Positions 34,730 through 47,294 of a stretch of 64,000 nt of DNA are shown here, piece after piece. Source of the DNA: Ranitomeya imitator (lineage: Eukaryota); contig NC_091283.1 of NCBI RefSeq assembly GCF_032444005.1, positions 515,096,001 to 515,160,000 on the forward strand, in the 5' to 3' direction. The translations under genes were made by a program, and so were the position numbers. Below the pieces are notes generated by a model. That model was not told the DNA's origin, did no database searches, and saw only the letters and a program-made list of their open reading frames with translations. How positions within the stretch are numbered: position 1 is the first letter of the stretch; every line of letters starts with the position of its first letter.

Positions 34730-36011
34730 TTAACCCTTTCACGACATGCGCCGTACTATTACTGCGCATGCCGTGTCACCCCCTTTGATGTGGGGTCCAG
34801 TGGTGAGCCCACATCAAAGTCGCGTCATGTCAGCTGTTTTGTACAGCTGACATGTGCGCGCAATAGCGGCGGGTGAAATCGCTATTCACCCGCCGCTATT
34901 AACCTGTTAAATGCCGCTGTCAAAACGCAGACAGCGGCATTTAACTGGCGCTTCCGGCCGGAAATGATGTCATCGCCGACCCCCGTCACATGATCGGGGG
35001 TCGGCGATGCATCAGGATGGTAACCATAGAGGTCTTTGAGACCTCTATGGTTACTGATGCCGGCCTGCTGTGAGCGCCGACCACAGGGGGTCACCTGCAT
35101 TTCAGCGGGGGAACACCTGCATTTCAGCTACATAGCAGCGATCTGATGATCGCTGCTATATAGCAGAGCCGATCAGGCTATGCCAGCTTCTAGCCTCCCA
35201 TGGAGGCTATTGAAGCATGGCACAAGTAAAAATAAATGTTTTTAAAAATATGAAAAAAATATAAAAGTTTACATCACCCCCCTTTCGCCCCATCCTAAAT
35301 AAAACAATTTTTTAAAAAAACAAACCTACACTTATTTGGTATCGCCGCTTTCAGAATAGCCCGATCTATTAATAAAAAAAGCATTAACCTGATCGCGAAA
35401 CAGCGTAGCGAGAAAAAAATCCGAAACGCAAGAATTGTTTTTTTGGTCGCCGCGACATTGCATTAACATGCAATAACGGGCGATCAAAAGAACGTATCTG
35501 CACCGAAATGGTATCATTAAAAACGTCAGCTCGGCACGCAAAAAATAAGCCCTCACCCGACCCTAGATCACGAAAAATGGAGACGCTTCGGGTATCGGAA
35601 AATGGCACTTTTTTTTTTTTTTTTTTTAAGCAAAGTTTTGAATTTTTTTTCACCACCTGGATAAAAAATAACCTAGACATGTTAGATGTCTATGAACTCG
35701 TAATGACCTAGAGAATCACAATGGCAGGTTAGTTTTAGCATTTAATGAACCTAGCAAAAAAGCCAAACAAAAAACAAGTGTGGGATTGCACTTTTTTTGC
35801 AATTTCACCGCACTTGGAATTTTTTTCCCGTTTTCTAGTGAAAGACATGGTAAAACCAATGGTGTCGTTCAAAAGTACATCTCATCCTGCAAAAAATAAG
35901 CCCTCACATGACCATATTGACGGAAAAATAAAAAAGTTATGGCTCTGGGAAGGAGGGAAGTGAAAAATGAAAACGCAAAAACGAAAAAGGGCCGCAACTT
36001 GAAGGGGTTAA
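34730..36011 (+). mobile_element. TTAA-flanked piggyBac-like non-autonomous element, copy B
   Basis: TTAACCCTTTCACGAC...GAAGGGGTTAA. Confidence 0.85.
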
Positions 36012-36619
36012 AGCCAGAAAGTTGCCATTTGAAATGACTTTAGTTTTGTTCCATGTCTGTGATCTGCTTTTTTTCTACAAAATTAAACAACTAAATGAAC
36101 ATCCTCCAAGGCCGGTGATTTCATAATTTTTGCCAGGGGTTGTATAAATTTATTTATAGATTATGAAGCAATATGCACACAAATAATATTTTGAAAATCC
36201 ACTTTTCACTGGGTAACATTAAAGAGGTACTCTTGGGAGATAAAAATGCATTTTAATCAAGATTCTGAAAAGAAAAACTTTATCATATAATTTTACTACA
36301 CACAGTGACATCACAACTAGTGAAGAGCAAGTATGCTCCTGTGCCGATAGTATTTGAGCACACCGAAGATACTCTGTGTTCGAGCTGCTGCCCCTCACTG
36401 CTCTGGCTGCATCTTCACAGCTTTTATAAGACCTGTCAAGTAATGTAGTGAGCTTGAGAAACAGGGAAAGAAAAATAACAGGTCACATACAATCTGTGAC
36501 GGTGCAGAAGAAGAGTGAGGAGGAGGGAGGATATCAAACCCGTAACACAAACTGGTAGTTTTTGGTAAGTGGGCTGGCTTGCATAAACTGCAAGATACAA
36601 GCCACACTCGGGGAGCCAA

Positions 36620-39095
36620 GGCCAGTCCAAAGGGAAGGCACTGAAACTGGAAGTGGCAGGTTAGATCCGGCAGATTTACAGCGAATCTTAAGAACTTTTG
36701 ACACACTGGGTGGATAGGGACCTGGTAGTAGGCACTTTCCAGGTCGAGAGTGCACATCAAGGTGTCTTTGTCTATGAGGTGGATGGTAGATCTTATTGAC
36801 TCCATCCTGAACCTCTTGTATTTGACCTAGTGGTTTAACAGTTTTAGGTTTATTATAGTACAGGCATCTTCTGACGGCTTTTTTATGGAGAACAGGGATG
36901 AGTAATGGCCCTTGCTTACCTCTGCTGAGGGTATTGGGATTATGACCTCTGAGCTGGCCAGCTGTTCCAAGTCCGCTAACATAGCGAATCCTGCTGACAC
37001 TGTAGTGGGAGCAATATATCTTTCTGTGGGAGGGGAGGTAAACTATTGAGTACCCTTCTGCAATAGTCCTGAAGACCCATTGGCTTTGGGTAACCTGGCG
37101 CCAATTTAACACAAAATGCCTGAGCCTCCCCCTATTGGAATGGCATCATTGTCTCCTATGACGCGAACTTGATCCGAACAGGGAGTTCTTACTCTTTCCT
37201 CCTCTCCCATAGGAACTGCTGTATGATCCCTTACTGGCCTTTCCCTGACTCCTATATTCGAATTGTTTCCTGGCGGGGCCTCCTGTCCGAAAGGACTGAT
37301 TCCTTTTAAACCTATCCTCTGGGAACCCCTTTTTTTATCAGAAGCCAGCTCTAAGATATTATCCAATGCTTGGCCGAAAACCAGAAGGGTAAGGAGCATA
37401 ACTTGGTCTTGGACGCCAAGTCTCCAGACCAATACTTCATCCAAATAGCTCTGCGGGCCGCGTTGGACAGCGAGCTATTCCTTGCTGCTAATCTAACTGA
37501 TTCGTCTGATCTATCAGCCATAAACGCAGTAGCCGATTTCATTAATGTGAGGGAGGCCAGGATGTCATCTCTCGGGGTCTTATTGGATAACTGATCCTCT
37601 AATTGTCCCAACCATGAGAACATTGATCTAGCCACTGATGTTGCGGCTATATTTGTTCTAATTAAGGCCGTGGAGGACTCCCAAGTCCGTCTTAGAAGGA
37701 TGTCGGCCTCCCTGTCCATTGGGTCTCTTAGGCTTGAAGAGTCCTCGAATGGGATGGAGGTATTTTTTAGCCACTGGCACATCAATCTTGTGAATTTCCT
37801 CCAAGACCCTTATGTCTTCCGGATCAAAGGAGAGATGAGTTTTGAAATCTCGGGACGCCAGCCGTTTCTCAGCATTTTCCCATTCCTCCAGCACCATGGC
37901 CCGTATGTGCTCACTTACTGGGACTACCCACTGTCTTTGTGCTCTAAGGCCCCCAAACATTAAGTCCTGTCTGGACTGTGGCTTGGGGTCCTCTCCTACT
38001 TGCCTTGTGTCTCTGATTGCCTGTACCAACTCGTCTGTGTCTTCAGCAGAAAATATGTATCTTCTGCCCCGTTCCTGACTCTCCATCAAAATTGCGCCCT
38101 CTTCCTCCTAGTCAGATTCCAGGGGTTGGAATTCATCCTCTGAGCTTTGCTGCATCTCCCACTTAGGCCTCTTAGAACATGAACCTGGACTGGGAGGCTG
38201 CAGACCAGAGAGGCTAGATATAAAGGCCTGTACTTCCGGATGAGGGACCTCATTTCCGACAAAAGGCATGGCTGTTCCTCCCTTAAAATCTTGGTCATAC
38301 AGACATTACAAAGGGTCCTGTCATAGGTGTCAGGGAGCTTCATATGGCAAATGGGACATCGCTTGGATTTTGATGAGGCTTTGCCATACGCTTGGGCGTA
38401 GCTGGGGCTACCTTGTCCTGCATATTGCAAGAGAGGGACTAATTAGCAGCTGAAGCCGACCACTGGCTCAATGGTTGAAAATGGCTACGTGTTGAGGATG
38501 TCCTAAGTGCCAAGGACAGGGTCTAAGTGACCGCTGGGTTCTGGGGAACTTCTGTGCACAGCGCACTTACCCCCCCTTCCTGGTCCATCTTGCCCGGCTC
38601 TTCCATGCTGCCACCGTACGCCCTGCAAGACCCAGGAACTCAGGTCTGTTCTCGCTATTATTCAGTGTTCCTCCTCCAACGCACAGCGACCTCTGACGCC
38701 GTCGGTGACGTCACCGGAGGCGAGACGTCTTTCCGGAGCGTGACTTCCAGAAGCCCGCCAGCCGGCATCCGAGCCAAGAGCCTCCCACCGGGAGGAACGG
38801 CTCACCCAGGAGCACGTCCGCTCGACTGGTCTTTGTGGCAGAGGGAGTTTCGGCCCTGGGCCACTTGATAGGGGGAAGTTCTTGGACAAGCCGCATGATT
38901 CCCCTGAGCCCGGTAAGCTGCTGCTTCTCTCGTGTGTCCCTCCATGCAGGGACAGGAAAAGCACTGAGGGAAGTGGGGCGGTGTGGGACCTTTTAACCTC
39001 TAGTGTGCTTTCCTGTCCCTGTAAGGAGGAGGAGGACATCCTACATGGTGCTGCCAGGAGGGACATCCTGGAAAATCTGATTTCCATCCAGAAAA
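36620..39095 (-). mobile_element. DIRS-type retrotransposon, degenerate (gag plus RT N-terminal part), 3'-truncated
   Basis: RT motifs LDLESAYYQVPIHP and FQFQCLPFGLALAPRV; gag KRCPICHMKLPDTYDRTLCNVC; terminal hairpin GACAGGAAAAGCACT / AGTGTGCTTTCCTGTC. Confidence 0.88.
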
Positions 39096-40344
39096 AAAGG
39101 AAGATTTTCCATCTGTTCGACATTTGTTTATATACAGTACAGAGCAAAAGTTTGGACTCACCTCATTTAAAGATTTTTCTGTATTTTCATGACTATGAAA
39201 ATTGTAAATTCACACTGAAGGCATCAAAACTATGAATTAACACATGTGGAATTATATACTTAACAAAAAAGTGTGAAACAACTGAAAATATGTCTTATAT
39301 TCTAGGTTCTTCAAAGTAGCCACCTTTTGCTTTGATGACTGCTTTGCACACTCTTGGCATTCTCGATGAGCTTCAAGAGGTAGTCACCGAAAATGGTTTT
39401 CACTTCACAGGTGTGTCCTGTCAGGTTTAATAAGTGGGATTTCTTGCGTTATAAATGGGGTTTGGACCATCAGTTGTGTTGTGCAGAAGTCTGGTGGATG
39501 CACAGCTGATGGTCCTACTGAATAGTCTGTTAGAATTTGTATTATGGCAATAAAAAAGCAGCTAAGTAAAGCAAAATAAGTGGCCATCGTTACTTTATGA
39601 AATGAAGGTCAGTCAGTATGAAAAATTGGGAAAACTTTGAAAGTGTACCCAAGTGCAGTGGCAAAAACCAGCAAGCGCTACAAAAAAACTGGCCCACATG
39701 AGGACTGCCCCAAGAAAGGAAGACCAAGAGTCACCTCTGCTTCTGAGGATAAGTTTATCTGAGTCACCAGCCTCAGAAATCGCAGGTTAACAGCAGCTCA
39801 GATTAGAGACCAGGTCAATGCCACACAGAGTTCTAGCAGCAGACATCTCTACAACAACTGTTAAGAGGAGACTTTGTGCAGCAGGCCTTCATGGTAAAAT
39901 AGCTGTTAGGAAGCCACTGCCAAGAACAGGCAACAAGCAGAAGAGACTTGTTTGGGCTAAAGAACACAAGGAATGGACATTAGACCAGTGAAAATCTGTG
40001 CTTCTGTGATTTGGTCTGATGAGTCCAAATTTGAGATTATTATTTATTTTTATTATTATAGCGCCATTTATTCCATGGCGCTTTACATGTGAGGAGGGGT
40101 ATACATAATAAAAACAGGTACAATAATCTTGAAACATATGCAAAGAAAAAAGAAAAAAAGCCAGCTCACCATATCCAGCAGAGCACGGAACCAAGTCCTG
40201 ACACGATGCGAACCAATGGAAAAAAAAAAAAACACGATGTTCCAGCTCCAAAAGGTAAAATAAACAAACTTTATTGGGAAAATATAAAAACATGAAAAAT
40301 CATGAGCTCCATGAAGACAACACCATGACCTGCGTGAGTTTGGC

Positions 40345-40375
40345 TACGCGTTTCGACCGGAAAGGTGTTTGTCAA
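40345..40375 (-). ncRNA. Second hammerhead-like motif, inverted copy with one helix-II mismatch
   Basis: TTGACAA-A-CACC-TTTCC-GGTC-GAAA-CGCG-TA on the minus strand. Confidence 0.4.
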
Positions 40376-40447
40376 AGCACATCTACCAAGATTCCTGTAA
40401 AAATACAAAGAACCCTTCTGCCAATCAGGTAACTACAAAAAGGTCCT

Positions 40448-40478
40448 TTGACAAAGACCTTTCCGGTCGAAACGCGTA
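40448..40478 (+). ncRNA. Minimal type-I hammerhead-ribozyme-like motif (U3-A8 variant)
   Basis: TTGACAA-A-GACC-TTTCC-GGTC-GAAA-CGCG-TA: core, helix II and palindromic helix III; helix I pairing not evident. Confidence 0.55.
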
Positions 40479-43301
40479 GCCAAACTCACGCAGGTCATGG
40501 TGTTGTCTTCATGGAGCTCATGATTTTTCATGTTTTTATATTTTCCCAATAAAGTTTGTTTATTTTACCTTTTGGAGCTGGAACATCGTGTTTTTTTTTT
40601 TTCCCCTACAATAATCTTGAACAATACAAGTCACAACTGGTACAGGAGGAGAGAGGACCCTGCCCGCGAGGGCTCACAATCTACAAGGGATAGGTGAGGA
40701 TACAGCAGGTGAGGATAGAGCTGGTCGTGCAGTGGTTTGGTCGATCGGTGGTTACTGCAGGTTGTAGGCTTGCCGGAAGAGGTAGGTATTCGGGTTCTTT
40801 TTGAAGGTTTCGATGGTAGGTGAGAGTCTGATATGTTGTGGTAGAGAGTTCCAGAGTAGGGGTGATGCGCGAGAGAAATCTTGTATGCGATTGTGGGAAG
40901 AGGAGATAAGAGGGGAGTAGAGAAGGAGATCTTGTGAGGATCGGAGGTTGCGTGCAGGAAAGTAGCGGGAGACGAGGTCACAGATGTATGGAGGAGACAG
41001 GCTGTGGATGGCTTTGTATGTCATGGTTAGGCTTTTGTACTGGAGTCTCTGGGTAATGGGAAGCCAGTGAAGGGATTGACAGAGGGGAGAGGCCGAGGAA
41101 TAGCGGGGGGGGGGGGGGGGGACAGGTGGATTAGTCGGGCAGCTGAGTTTAGAATAGATTGGAGGGGTGCGAGAATGTTCGAGGGGAGGCCACAGAGCAG
41201 GAGGTTACAGTAGTCGAGGCGGGAGATGATGAGGGCATGGACTAGGGTTTTTGCAGATTCTTGGTTTAGGAATGTACGGATCTGTGAAATATTTTTGAGT
41301 TGAAGACGGCAGGAAGTGGAAAGGGCTTGGATATGCGGTTTGAAGGAGAGATAAGTGTCAAGGATTACCCCGAGACAGCGAGCTTGTGGGACTGGGGAGA
41401 GTGGGCAGCCGTTTACTGTAATGGATAGGTTAGTTGGGTCGCGTGAGATGGGGGGGAAAAACAATGAATTCTGTTTTGTCCATGTTAACTTTTAGAAATC
41501 TAGCGGAGAAGGATAAAATAGCGGATAGACATTGAGTGATTCTGGTTAGTACGGTGGTGATATCTGGTCCAGAGATGTAGATCTGTGTGTCATCAGCATA
41601 GAGATGATACTGAAAACCGTGAGATTCTATGAGCTGTCCCAGGCCAAAAGTGTAAATGGAGAAGAGCAGGGGCCCTAGAACTGAACCTTGCGGGACTCCA
41701 ACAGATAGGGGGCAAGGTGAGGAGGTGGTGTGTGAATGGGAGATGCTGAATGTTCAGTCAGTTAGGTATGACGAGATCCAGGATAGGGCCAAGTATGTCA
41801 TACCAAGGGATGAGAGGGTCTGTAGTAATAGGGAATGGTCCACTGTGTCAAAGGCAGAGGACAGGTCCAGGAGGAGGAGGATAGAGTAGTGTCGCTTGCT
41901 CTTGGCGGTTAATAGGTCATTGGTTACCTTAGGGCAGTTTCAGTGGAGTGGTGTGACCGGAAGCCTGATTGTAAGCTGTCGAAAAGGGAGCAGGAAGATA
42001 GATGGGAGGACAGTTCAAGATAGACGTGTTGTTCCAGTAGTTTTGAGGCATAAGGGAGAAGTGATATAGGGCGATAGCTAGATACAGAGGATGGGTCAAG
42101 AGAGGGCTTTTTGAGGAAGGGGTGATTGAGGCATGTTTAAAGCTTGAGGGGAAAACACCAGTTGTTAGTGATAGGATGAAGAGATGTTTTAGAGTTGGGA
42201 CGAAGACTGTGGCGAGGTTTGGGATGAAGTGGAAAGGGATCGGGTCAAGTGCACAAGTGGTGAGATGCGATCTAGAGAGTAGAGTGGAGAGTCAATCTTC
42301 TCTAATAGTGGAGAAGTTGTTTTTGGAGGTGGAGGGCTGGGTAGTTGGGAGGAAGGGCTCTGGGGGATGTCGACTAAAACTCTCTGATGTTATCAATCTT
42401 CTGCTTGAAAAATGATGCAAAGTCTTCAGCTGAGATGAGTGGGGAGGGAGGAGGTGCTGGGGACGGAGGAGAGAGTTGAAGGTGTTGAATAACTTAAGGA
42501 TTGTGAGACAGGGAGGATATGAGAGATGAGAACTAGGTTTGTTTAGCTGTGGCAAGTGTTGTCTTGAAAGTAGTGAGGGACTGTTTGAATGCGATAAAGT
42601 GCTCGTCGGAGAGGGATCTTTTCCATCTCCGCTCTGCAGCCTTGGGAGCTCGCCTCAGCTGTCTGATTTTGCAAGCTTTGGCATGTGTGAGAGGGGCAAG
42701 AGATTCCAAAGCTGCAGCTATTGTGGTGTTATATAGAGCGGCAGCATCATCCGCATTGTGTAGGGAACTTATGTCTGTGAGAGGGAGGAGGGATTCAGAG
42801 AGTGAATGTAGATCAAGGTGTTTTAAGATTTCTGCGAGGTTGTGCAAATTTGTGGGGTGGTGATTGTAGACAAGGAGTGGAGAGGGAAGAGAATGAGTAG
42901 ATTGTGGTCAGAAAGAGGAGTTAGAGAGGTTAGATAGGGAGCAGGGTGAAGATGAGGTCCAATGTGTGACCATCTTTGTGAGTGGCTGCAGAAGACCATT
43001 GAGTGAGGCCAAAGGAGGAAGTGAGAGATAAAAGTTTAGTGGCAGCTGAGAGGGAAGTGTCAATGGGGATGTTGAAGTCGCCCATGATGATAGTGGGGAT
43101 GTCCGCAGAAAGGAAATAAAGTAGCCAGGTGGTGAAGTGGTCAAAGGTGGTGGCTGGCCCTGGGGGGCGGTAAATGACAGCCAGTTGGAGGTTGGTGGGG
43201 GATCTTTGGTTCCAACCACCGTGTCTTTGTGCGATGCAGAAAAGGTGAACGGATGGACTCTACATGCCTGGTTCCCACCATTGACGCATGGAGGAGTGAT
43301 G

Positions 43302-43303
<2 letters not shown>

Positions 43304-43352
<49 letters not shown>

Positions 43353-43365
43353 GGGGGGGGGGGGG
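43304..43365. repeat. (TG)n microsatellite plus G run, expanded inside the Tc1 transposase remnant
   Basis: Direct reading. Confidence 0.95.
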
Positions 43366-44710
43366 TGCTGGTGACACTGTTGAGGATTTATTCAAAACTG
43401 AAGGCATACTGAACCAGCATGGCTACCACAGCATCTTGCAGCAGCATGCTATTCCATCCGGTTTGCGTTTAGTTGGACCATCATTTATTTTTCAACAGGA
43501 CAATGACCCCAAACACACCTCCAGGCTGTGTAAGGGCTATTTGACCAAGAAGGAGAGTGGTGGGGTGCTACATCAGATGACCTGGCCTCCACAGTCACCA
43601 GACCTGAACCCAATCGAGATGGTTTGGGGTGAGCTGGACCGCAGAGTGAAGGCAAAAGGGCCAAGAAGTGCTAAGCATCTCTGCGAAGTCCTTCAAGATT
43701 GTTGGAAGACCATTCCTGGTGACTACCTCTTGAATCTCATCAAGAGAATGCCAAGAGTGTGCAAAGCAGTCATCAAAGCAAAAGGTGGCTACTTTGAAGA
43801 ACCTAGAATAAAAGACCTAACAAAAGAGTGTGAAACAACTGAAATTAAGTATATAATTCCACATGTGTTAATTCATAGTTTTGATGCCTTCATTGTGAAT
43901 TTACAATTTTCATAGTCATGAAAATACAGAAAAATCTTTCAATGAGGTGTGTCCAAACTTTTGCTCTGTACTGTATATCGGCTGTTAAAATTTACACAAA
44001 TACACTTCCTATGTTAAAGTATTTCAATGCATGCATAAAATTCAGATCCCATGTTGTTGATTTGTATGGGATCTGATTTTTATTTGTCACACCATAGGAC
44101 TTGAATAGGTGAAGTTATTAAAAAAGTTAAAAAAAAAGAAATATGAAGTTACCCCTCCTTTACACCAGTTAATACAGAAATATCAACATGTTCAGAAAAG
44201 TCCAATAGGGGGTTTGGAAAATGGCGACAAAAGCTAATTTTTTCGTTTACGAATTTGAATTTTTTTTTTGCACAACTTTAAAAACAAAAAAAAAAAACAT
44301 TTATTTCTAGGTACCATAATTGAACACAGAGAAAGTACCTTGAGAAGTAGCAAAATCAGTCACTTATAAGAATAGGCAAGGTGATGAGTTTTCCTAGTGT
44401 CTGACAGAATGTAGATTGTAATACATTCTTATCGCACTGGAGGACCCCTTTTAAGCAGGATATGATGTGGGAAATTAAGATGTAAACAGTTTGAATTTTT
44501 GCAAAATTTGTTGCTGGAATAAAAATGTAGCGACCATTTGACCAGCTCCGACAACTTTATGGAAAGTGGGTGGAATGTAGCAATTGTGATAGAAATGTAC
44601 TAGTCCTTGGAGGACATTTTGTGTGGCACATGGCAGCTGAAGGATGCACAAAGTTTTAGAGGCGTACCTGTCAATGGGGCATTTAACACTAGCATACCCT
44701 TCATCAAGAC

Positions 44711-45091
44711 TTAACCCCTTCAAGTCGCGGCCCTTTTTTATTTTTGCGTGTTCGTTTTTCGCTTCCCTCGTTCCCAGAGCCATAACTTTTTTATTTTTCC
44801 GTCATTATGGTCATGTGAGAGCTTATTTTTTGCGGGACAAGTTGTACTTTTGAACGACACCATTGGTTTTACCATGTCTTTTACTAGAAAACGTGAAAAA
44901 AATTCCAAGTGCGGTGAAATTGCAAAAAAAGTGCAGTCCCACACTTGTTTTTTGTTTGGCTTTTTTGCTAGGTTCACTAAATGCTAAAACTGACCTGCCA
45001 TTATGATTCTCTAGGTCATTACGAGTTCATAGACACCTAACATGACTAGGTTATTTTTTATCTAAGTGGTGAAAAAAAATTCCAAACTTTG

Positions 45092-45127
<36 letters not shown>

Positions 45128-46011
45128 CATTTTCCGATACTCGTAGCGTCTCCATTTTTCGTGATCTGGGGTCGGGTGAGGGCTTATTTTTTGCGTGCCG
45201 AGCTGATGTTTTTAATGATACCATTTTTGCGCAGATACGTTCTTTTGATCGCCCGTTATTGCATTTTAATGCAATGTCGCGGCGACCAAAAAAACGTAAT
45301 TCTGGCGTTTCGGATTTTTTTCTCGCTACGGCGTTTAGCGATCAGGTTAATGCTTTTTTTTAATTGATAGATCGGGCGATTCTGAACACGGCGATACCAA
45401 ATACGTGTAGGTTTGGTTTTTTTTTTATTGTTTTATTTAGGATGGGGCGAAAGGGGGGTGATTTAAACTTTTATATTTTTTATATTTGTTTCATATTTTT
45501 AAAAACATTTTTTTTTTACTTGTGCCATGCTTCAATAGCCTCCATGGGAGGCTAGAAGCTGGCATAGCCTGATCGGCTCTGCTACATAGCAGCGATCATC
45601 AGATCGCTGCTATGTAGCAGAAATGCAGGTGTGCTGTGAGCGCCGACCACAGGAGGGCGCTCACAGCAGACCTGCATCAGTAACCATAGAGGTCTCAGGG
45701 ACCTCTATGGTTACCTTCCTGATGCATCGCCGACCCCCGATCATGTGACGGGGGTCGGCGATGACGTCATATCCGGCCGCCCGGCCGGATGCGGTAGTTA
45801 AATGCCGCTGTCTGTGTTTGACAGCGGCATTTAACAGGTTAATAGCGGCGGGTGAATAGCGATTTCACCCGCCGCTATTGCGCGCACATGTCAGCTGTAC
45901 AAAACAGCTGACATGTCGCGACTTTGATGTGGGCTCACCGCCGGAGCCCACATCAAAGGGGGATTCACGGCATGCGCAGTAGATGTACGGCGCATGTCGT
46001 GAAGGGGTTAA
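44711..46011 (-). mobile_element. TTAA-flanked piggyBac-like element, copy C (inverted relative to A and B)
   Basis: TTAACCCCTTCAAG...CGTGAAGGGGTTAA; close reverse complement of copy B. Confidence 0.87.
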
Positions 46012-47288
46012 TGAACCTGTACTAAAGAGTTTGGACCATAAATGTGAGTGGTCATTTATGACAGTTAGGTGATAACTTGCAGATCCTCCCTTATAGAGAG
46101 CGCTCCAGTGTCCTGTGTGGAGTGATGATCACACGTATTTATTATGGTCACTTATGTAGCTCTCTTATATGCCACAGCGCTATACTGACTATCACTGTCC
46201 CCACTGGGGCTCTCAGTCTAAATTCCCTACTACCAGTATGTCTTTGGAGTGTAGTAGGAAACTAGAGAACGTAAAAGAAACCCATGCAAAAATGCAGAGA
46301 ATATACAGACTCCTGGCAGATGTTGTACTTGGTAGGCTATAAACCCGGTCTTGCAAATCAACCATGCTAGCCACTGTGCTGCCCACATTCACCACCACTT
46401 TGTACTTGTCTATGGTACTCCTAGAGAAAGCCAACAGATAAGTGGGACATGCAGGGCAATCACTCCAGTCACACAGGGTGCCACGATCAGTCTCATGTGC
46501 TAATCTGACAACTTGTATATATGGTCTAGCCCCTGTAAACTATCGTTAACATTTTTACTGTAATGAAATAACATTTTTCTTAAGTTATCCAGGCGTGCCA
46601 TGGTTTGTCAGTACATTATAAAATACTTTGCCTATTGAAACACCATTTACTGTACACACTGACAAAAGCATGTTGGGAGCAAAGCTGGAATTTACAAAGG
46701 GCCATGTTAGCGGCTGGTTTGCTTCTGTTCCAATGCAGCCACTTTGCATATACACCTTAGGTCACTTCGTTGTAGGACACAGAAAAGTCTGCTCCTGTCG
46801 CAGCTTTGCATATACTCTAGTTGATGGGATGAGAGATATTTCAGCTTTGCCATCAACAGTTGCAAGTGTCTGGTGTATAATAGCCAGCACCCACTCGGTA
46901 TCAGTGGGTGCCGCTCCTGAGCCAGTTACATACAACTATTTCCAATGTACAGAGTGAATGTTTGGACATGTAAGGAACCATTTCTCTAGTTTTTGTCTAC
47001 ATCTATTATATAGGGCTAGGTTTCTATTGTAACAAATACTACATAATATGGTCTTATCACTCTTTTCATCCAATGCCTTATAAATTGGCGAGATCAGTCC
47101 TGCTACCCATGAACATGCAAATCTATGGGTCTAAATTTGCAGTTGCATTATTATGATGCCAAAGCATCTACAGCAAAGCCGAGGTAGACACCCCTTTCCT
47201 GTTTTTCTACCTCAAATTTCACTAATGTATAATCTGATGCTACAATAATACAAGTAACAAAAGACAAATATTTTATAAATCTAAAAGT

Positions 47289-47294
47289 TTTATT
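47289..47294 (-). terminator. CBX1: Candidate CBX1 polyadenylation signal AATAAA
   Basis: TTTATT on the plus strand ~800 nt past the stop; other sites are possible. Confidence 0.4.

Larger units (their letters stand above)
32112..36144 (-). mobile_element. Tc1-like transposon with degenerate transposase, split by two nested insertions
   Basis: FQDDNASCH and WPANSPDLNPIENLW motifs; inverted repeats 32176-32280 / 33446-33524; right arm resumes at 34686 and 36012 and ends GCCAGGGGTTGTA. Confidence 0.85.
40134..40606. mobile_element. Penelope-like non-autonomous insertion made of inverted pseudo-LTRs
   Basis: 15-bp direct repeat TACAATAATCTTGAA (40119-40133, 40607-40621); ~145-bp inverted arms ~40232-40377 / 40446-40601 carrying CGAAACGCGTA. 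Confidence 0.7.
40038..43200 (-). mobile_element. L2/CR1-clade LINE, 5'-truncated and degenerate
   Basis: Fragments [27 protein letters not shown] and LGDFNI-like endonuclease region; (ATT/TAA)n tail with GCGCCATTTATTCCATGGCGCTTTAC. Confidence 0.9.
39133..43975 (+). mobile_element. Tc1-like transposon interrupted by an L2 LINE
   Basis: TIR TACAGTACAGAGCAAAAGTTTGGAC at both ends; transposase WSDESKFE is broken at ~40037 and resumes at 43201; DNDPKH and WPPQSPDLNPIE motifs. Confidence 0.92.

Noticed and set aside
40014-40035. CTGATGAG hammerhead-like core
   Set aside because: It is the Tc1 WSDES codon string, with no helix II or GAAA partner
43229-43915. 228-aa transposase-like ORF as an active gene
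   Set aside because: C-terminal fragment only; N-terminal half separated by a 3.2-kb L2 and a (TG)n expansion
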